A program made the position numbers and the translations under genes. A stretch of DNA of 26,839 bases. It comes from Kofleriaceae bacterium. GTDB lineage: Bacteria > Myxococcota_A > Polyangia > Haliangiales > Haliangiaceae. The notes beneath the pieces were generated by a model. That model did not search any database. It saw only the letters and a list, made by a program, of their open reading frames with translations, and was not told the origin of the DNA. Below are positions 26,426-26,839 of this stretch, piece after piece. How positions within the stretch are numbered: position 1 is the first letter of the stretch; every line of letters starts with the position of its first letter. The stretch spans positions 1 to 26,839 of the forward strand of contig CBDCCZ010000051.1 in NCBI GenBank assembly GCA_965215005.1. Reading direction: 5' to 3'.

Positions 26426-26839
26426 GTGCGGATTGCCGGGATCCCGAGGGTGCTGAGCCTGCTGAGCGCGGTGGCCGCGGCGACCGGTTGCCTCCTGAGT
26501 GAGCCGAGCTACGAGAACACGGCATTTCGGTGCGAGCTCTCGGCCAGCTGTCCGCTGGGCATGGCGTGTGTGAGCGGCCACTGCGTGCGCCCCAGCGTCG
26601 AAGCCGATGCGAGCCCGCTTGGGCCCGGCGATGCGGCCTCGCCGGCCGATGCTGCTGTCGACTCGTCGCAGACGATGAGCTTTGGCGAGCGTCCCGGTGC
26701 CGACGTTGCCGGCGTCACCTTCGACACCTATCTCAATGCCGACGATCCCATCGACCGGGCGGGCGGCGACGACCGCTTTGCCGTCGACTCCGGTCCCATC
26801 AAGGTGGGTCTGGTGCGCTTTGATCTGCGAGCGCTAGCG
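26426..26839 (+). CDS. Partial lipoprotein with a Cys-rich N-terminus and the start of a DNRLRE/CBM96-like domain; runs off the right edge
   Basis: My translation: VRIAGIPRVLSLLSAVAAATG|CLLSEPSYENTAFRCELSASCPLGMACVSGHCV..FGERPGADVAGVTFDTYL..VGLVRFDL. No stop before 26839. An in-frame ATG at 26402 is an alternative start. Confidence 0.75.
   Translation, partial: MRIAGIPRVLSLLSAVAAATGCLLSEPSYENTAFRCELSASCPLGMACVSGHCVRPSVEADASPLGPGDAASPADAAVDSSQTMSFGERPGADVAGVTFDTYLNADDPIDRAGGDDRFAVDSGPIKVGLVRFDLRALA

Overview
High-GC (about two-thirds G+C by eye) bacterial chromosomal segment. It looks like Myxococcota, which is an inference from the many Cys/Asp-Ala-Gly-rich lipoproteins, the tandem DsbA protein and the sigma-54 wiring. 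It holds about 21 CDS and no rRNA, tRNA, CRISPR array, transposase or integrase. From left to right: a frameshifted FG-GAP/ASPIC-UnbV lipoprotein gene (runs off the left edge), a polytopic membrane protein, a double-DsbA protein, an orphan FliA/WhiG sigma factor, gor, a lone imuB with a candidate LexA box, a YqeY protein, three lipoproteins (one a PHM/DBH-like copper monooxygenase between 74-bp direct repeats), an ECF sigma-plsX-App1-like phosphatase cluster divergent from a hybrid kinase plus NtrC-type activator, a hemF-like gene, a Rieske ferredoxin plus isocitrate dehydrogenase, a stand-alone MshEN-like protein, lon, a DnaJ/CbpA-like gene and a partial lipoprotein. The best candidate for an undescribed system is at 14.1-19.6 kb. 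Both receiver domains of the kinase/activator pair lack the phospho-acceptor Asp (Gly and Glu instead). Two tandem TGTCYA-N6-TAGACR palindromes sit about 88 and 107 bp upstream of a sigma-54-type promoter that points into an ECF sigma gene with no adjacent anti-sigma gene, followed by lipid-metabolism genes. All calls come from reading motifs by eye; no database searches were run.
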